Below are positions 63,738 through 64,000 of a stretch of DNA of 64,000 bases, one piece after another (the stretch's first letter is position 1; each line of letters begins with the position of its first letter). The stretch spans positions 1 through 64,000 of the IMG/VR virus record IMGVR_UViG_3300013947_000003, one strand, 5' to 3'. Position numbers and translations under genes: made by a program. The notes under the pieces were generated by a model. The model was given only the letters and a program-made list of their open reading frames with translations, had not been told where the DNA came from and searched no databases. The DNA is from a virus.

Positions 63738-64000
63738 AACACTTGATCCTAAAGAAACTGTAGTATTTAATGTATTAAAAAAGCGTCTACCTTTTAAAGG
63801 GAGTAGGGCCATCTACAACACAGAGAATAAAAACCTCTTTAATGTAGATGATTATAGCACTATAGTAACATATTTATTAGGCATTAATGATAAAATGCCC
63901 AACGTAAAAAATGTTATTATAGATGACATGACTTATGTTATGCGTAAAGAATATTTTAAAACAGCTAAAATAACAGGCTTTAATAAGTTTGTGGACATAG
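63679..64000 (+). CDS. P-loop ATPase, 3'-partial
   Basis: Begins MANICMILGKSGSGKSTSIK.... It stays open to the window edge, so it is absent from the ORF track. Confidence 0.6.
   Translation, partial: MANICMILGKSGSGKSTSIKTLDPKETVVFNVLKKRLPFKGSRAIYNTENKNLFNVDDYSTIVTYLLGINDKMPNVKNVIIDDMTYVMRKEYFKTAKITGFNKFVDI

Noticed and set aside
1-64000. Reassignment of TGA or TAA, integrase or recombinase genes, rRNA genes and a DGR/reverse transcriptase.
   Set aside because: TAA and TGA consistently coincide with gene ends and terminators. I found no Tyr/Ser-recombinase, RT or rRNA-like sequence by eye. The absence of a recombinase weakens, but does not eliminate, the mobile-element reading of the island.

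Overview
This AT-rich window (about 30% GC, judged by eye) is a dsDNA phage segment. Its gene content and order match a crAss-like (Crassvirales) podophage, probably infecting a Bacteroidota host, because TAnnTTTG -7 promoter boxes sit upstream of several operons.

Gene layout:
- The minus strand from 51275 down to 3966 is one long middle/late block. In order it carries small regulators, a tRNA cluster, a GroES-like gene, TerL, portal, tail fibres, a lysis cassette, scaffold, MCP, head/neck proteins and three giant virion proteins.
- A convergent plus-strand giant gene occupies 1-3914.
- The plus strand from 58199 to 64000 carries a second tRNA cluster and early/replication genes (SF2 helicase, DnaB-like ATPase, P-loop ATPase).

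Main observations:
1. The late genes are intact only if TAG is read as a sense codon. Poly-Q tracts that mix TAG with CAA/CAG point to Gln. A tRNA with anticodon CUA lies at 49096-49168. TAA and TGA remain the real stops.
2. The major capsid gene is split into five exons by four related group-I-like introns, each carrying a homing endonuclease ORF. Splicing at U.G / omega-G sites restores a 504-aa ORF.
3. A roughly 6.1 kb segment (51952-58057) is much more GC-rich. It holds about 14 small unrecognisable ORFs and is bracketed exactly by a perfect 13-bp direct repeat. It has operator-like palindromes at one end and degenerate tandem repeats just outside the other. This is my best candidate for an undescribed element or system.
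4. Two tRNA-like genes have insertions in the anticodon arm.

All coordinates and functions come from manual reading and motif recall. No searches were run.
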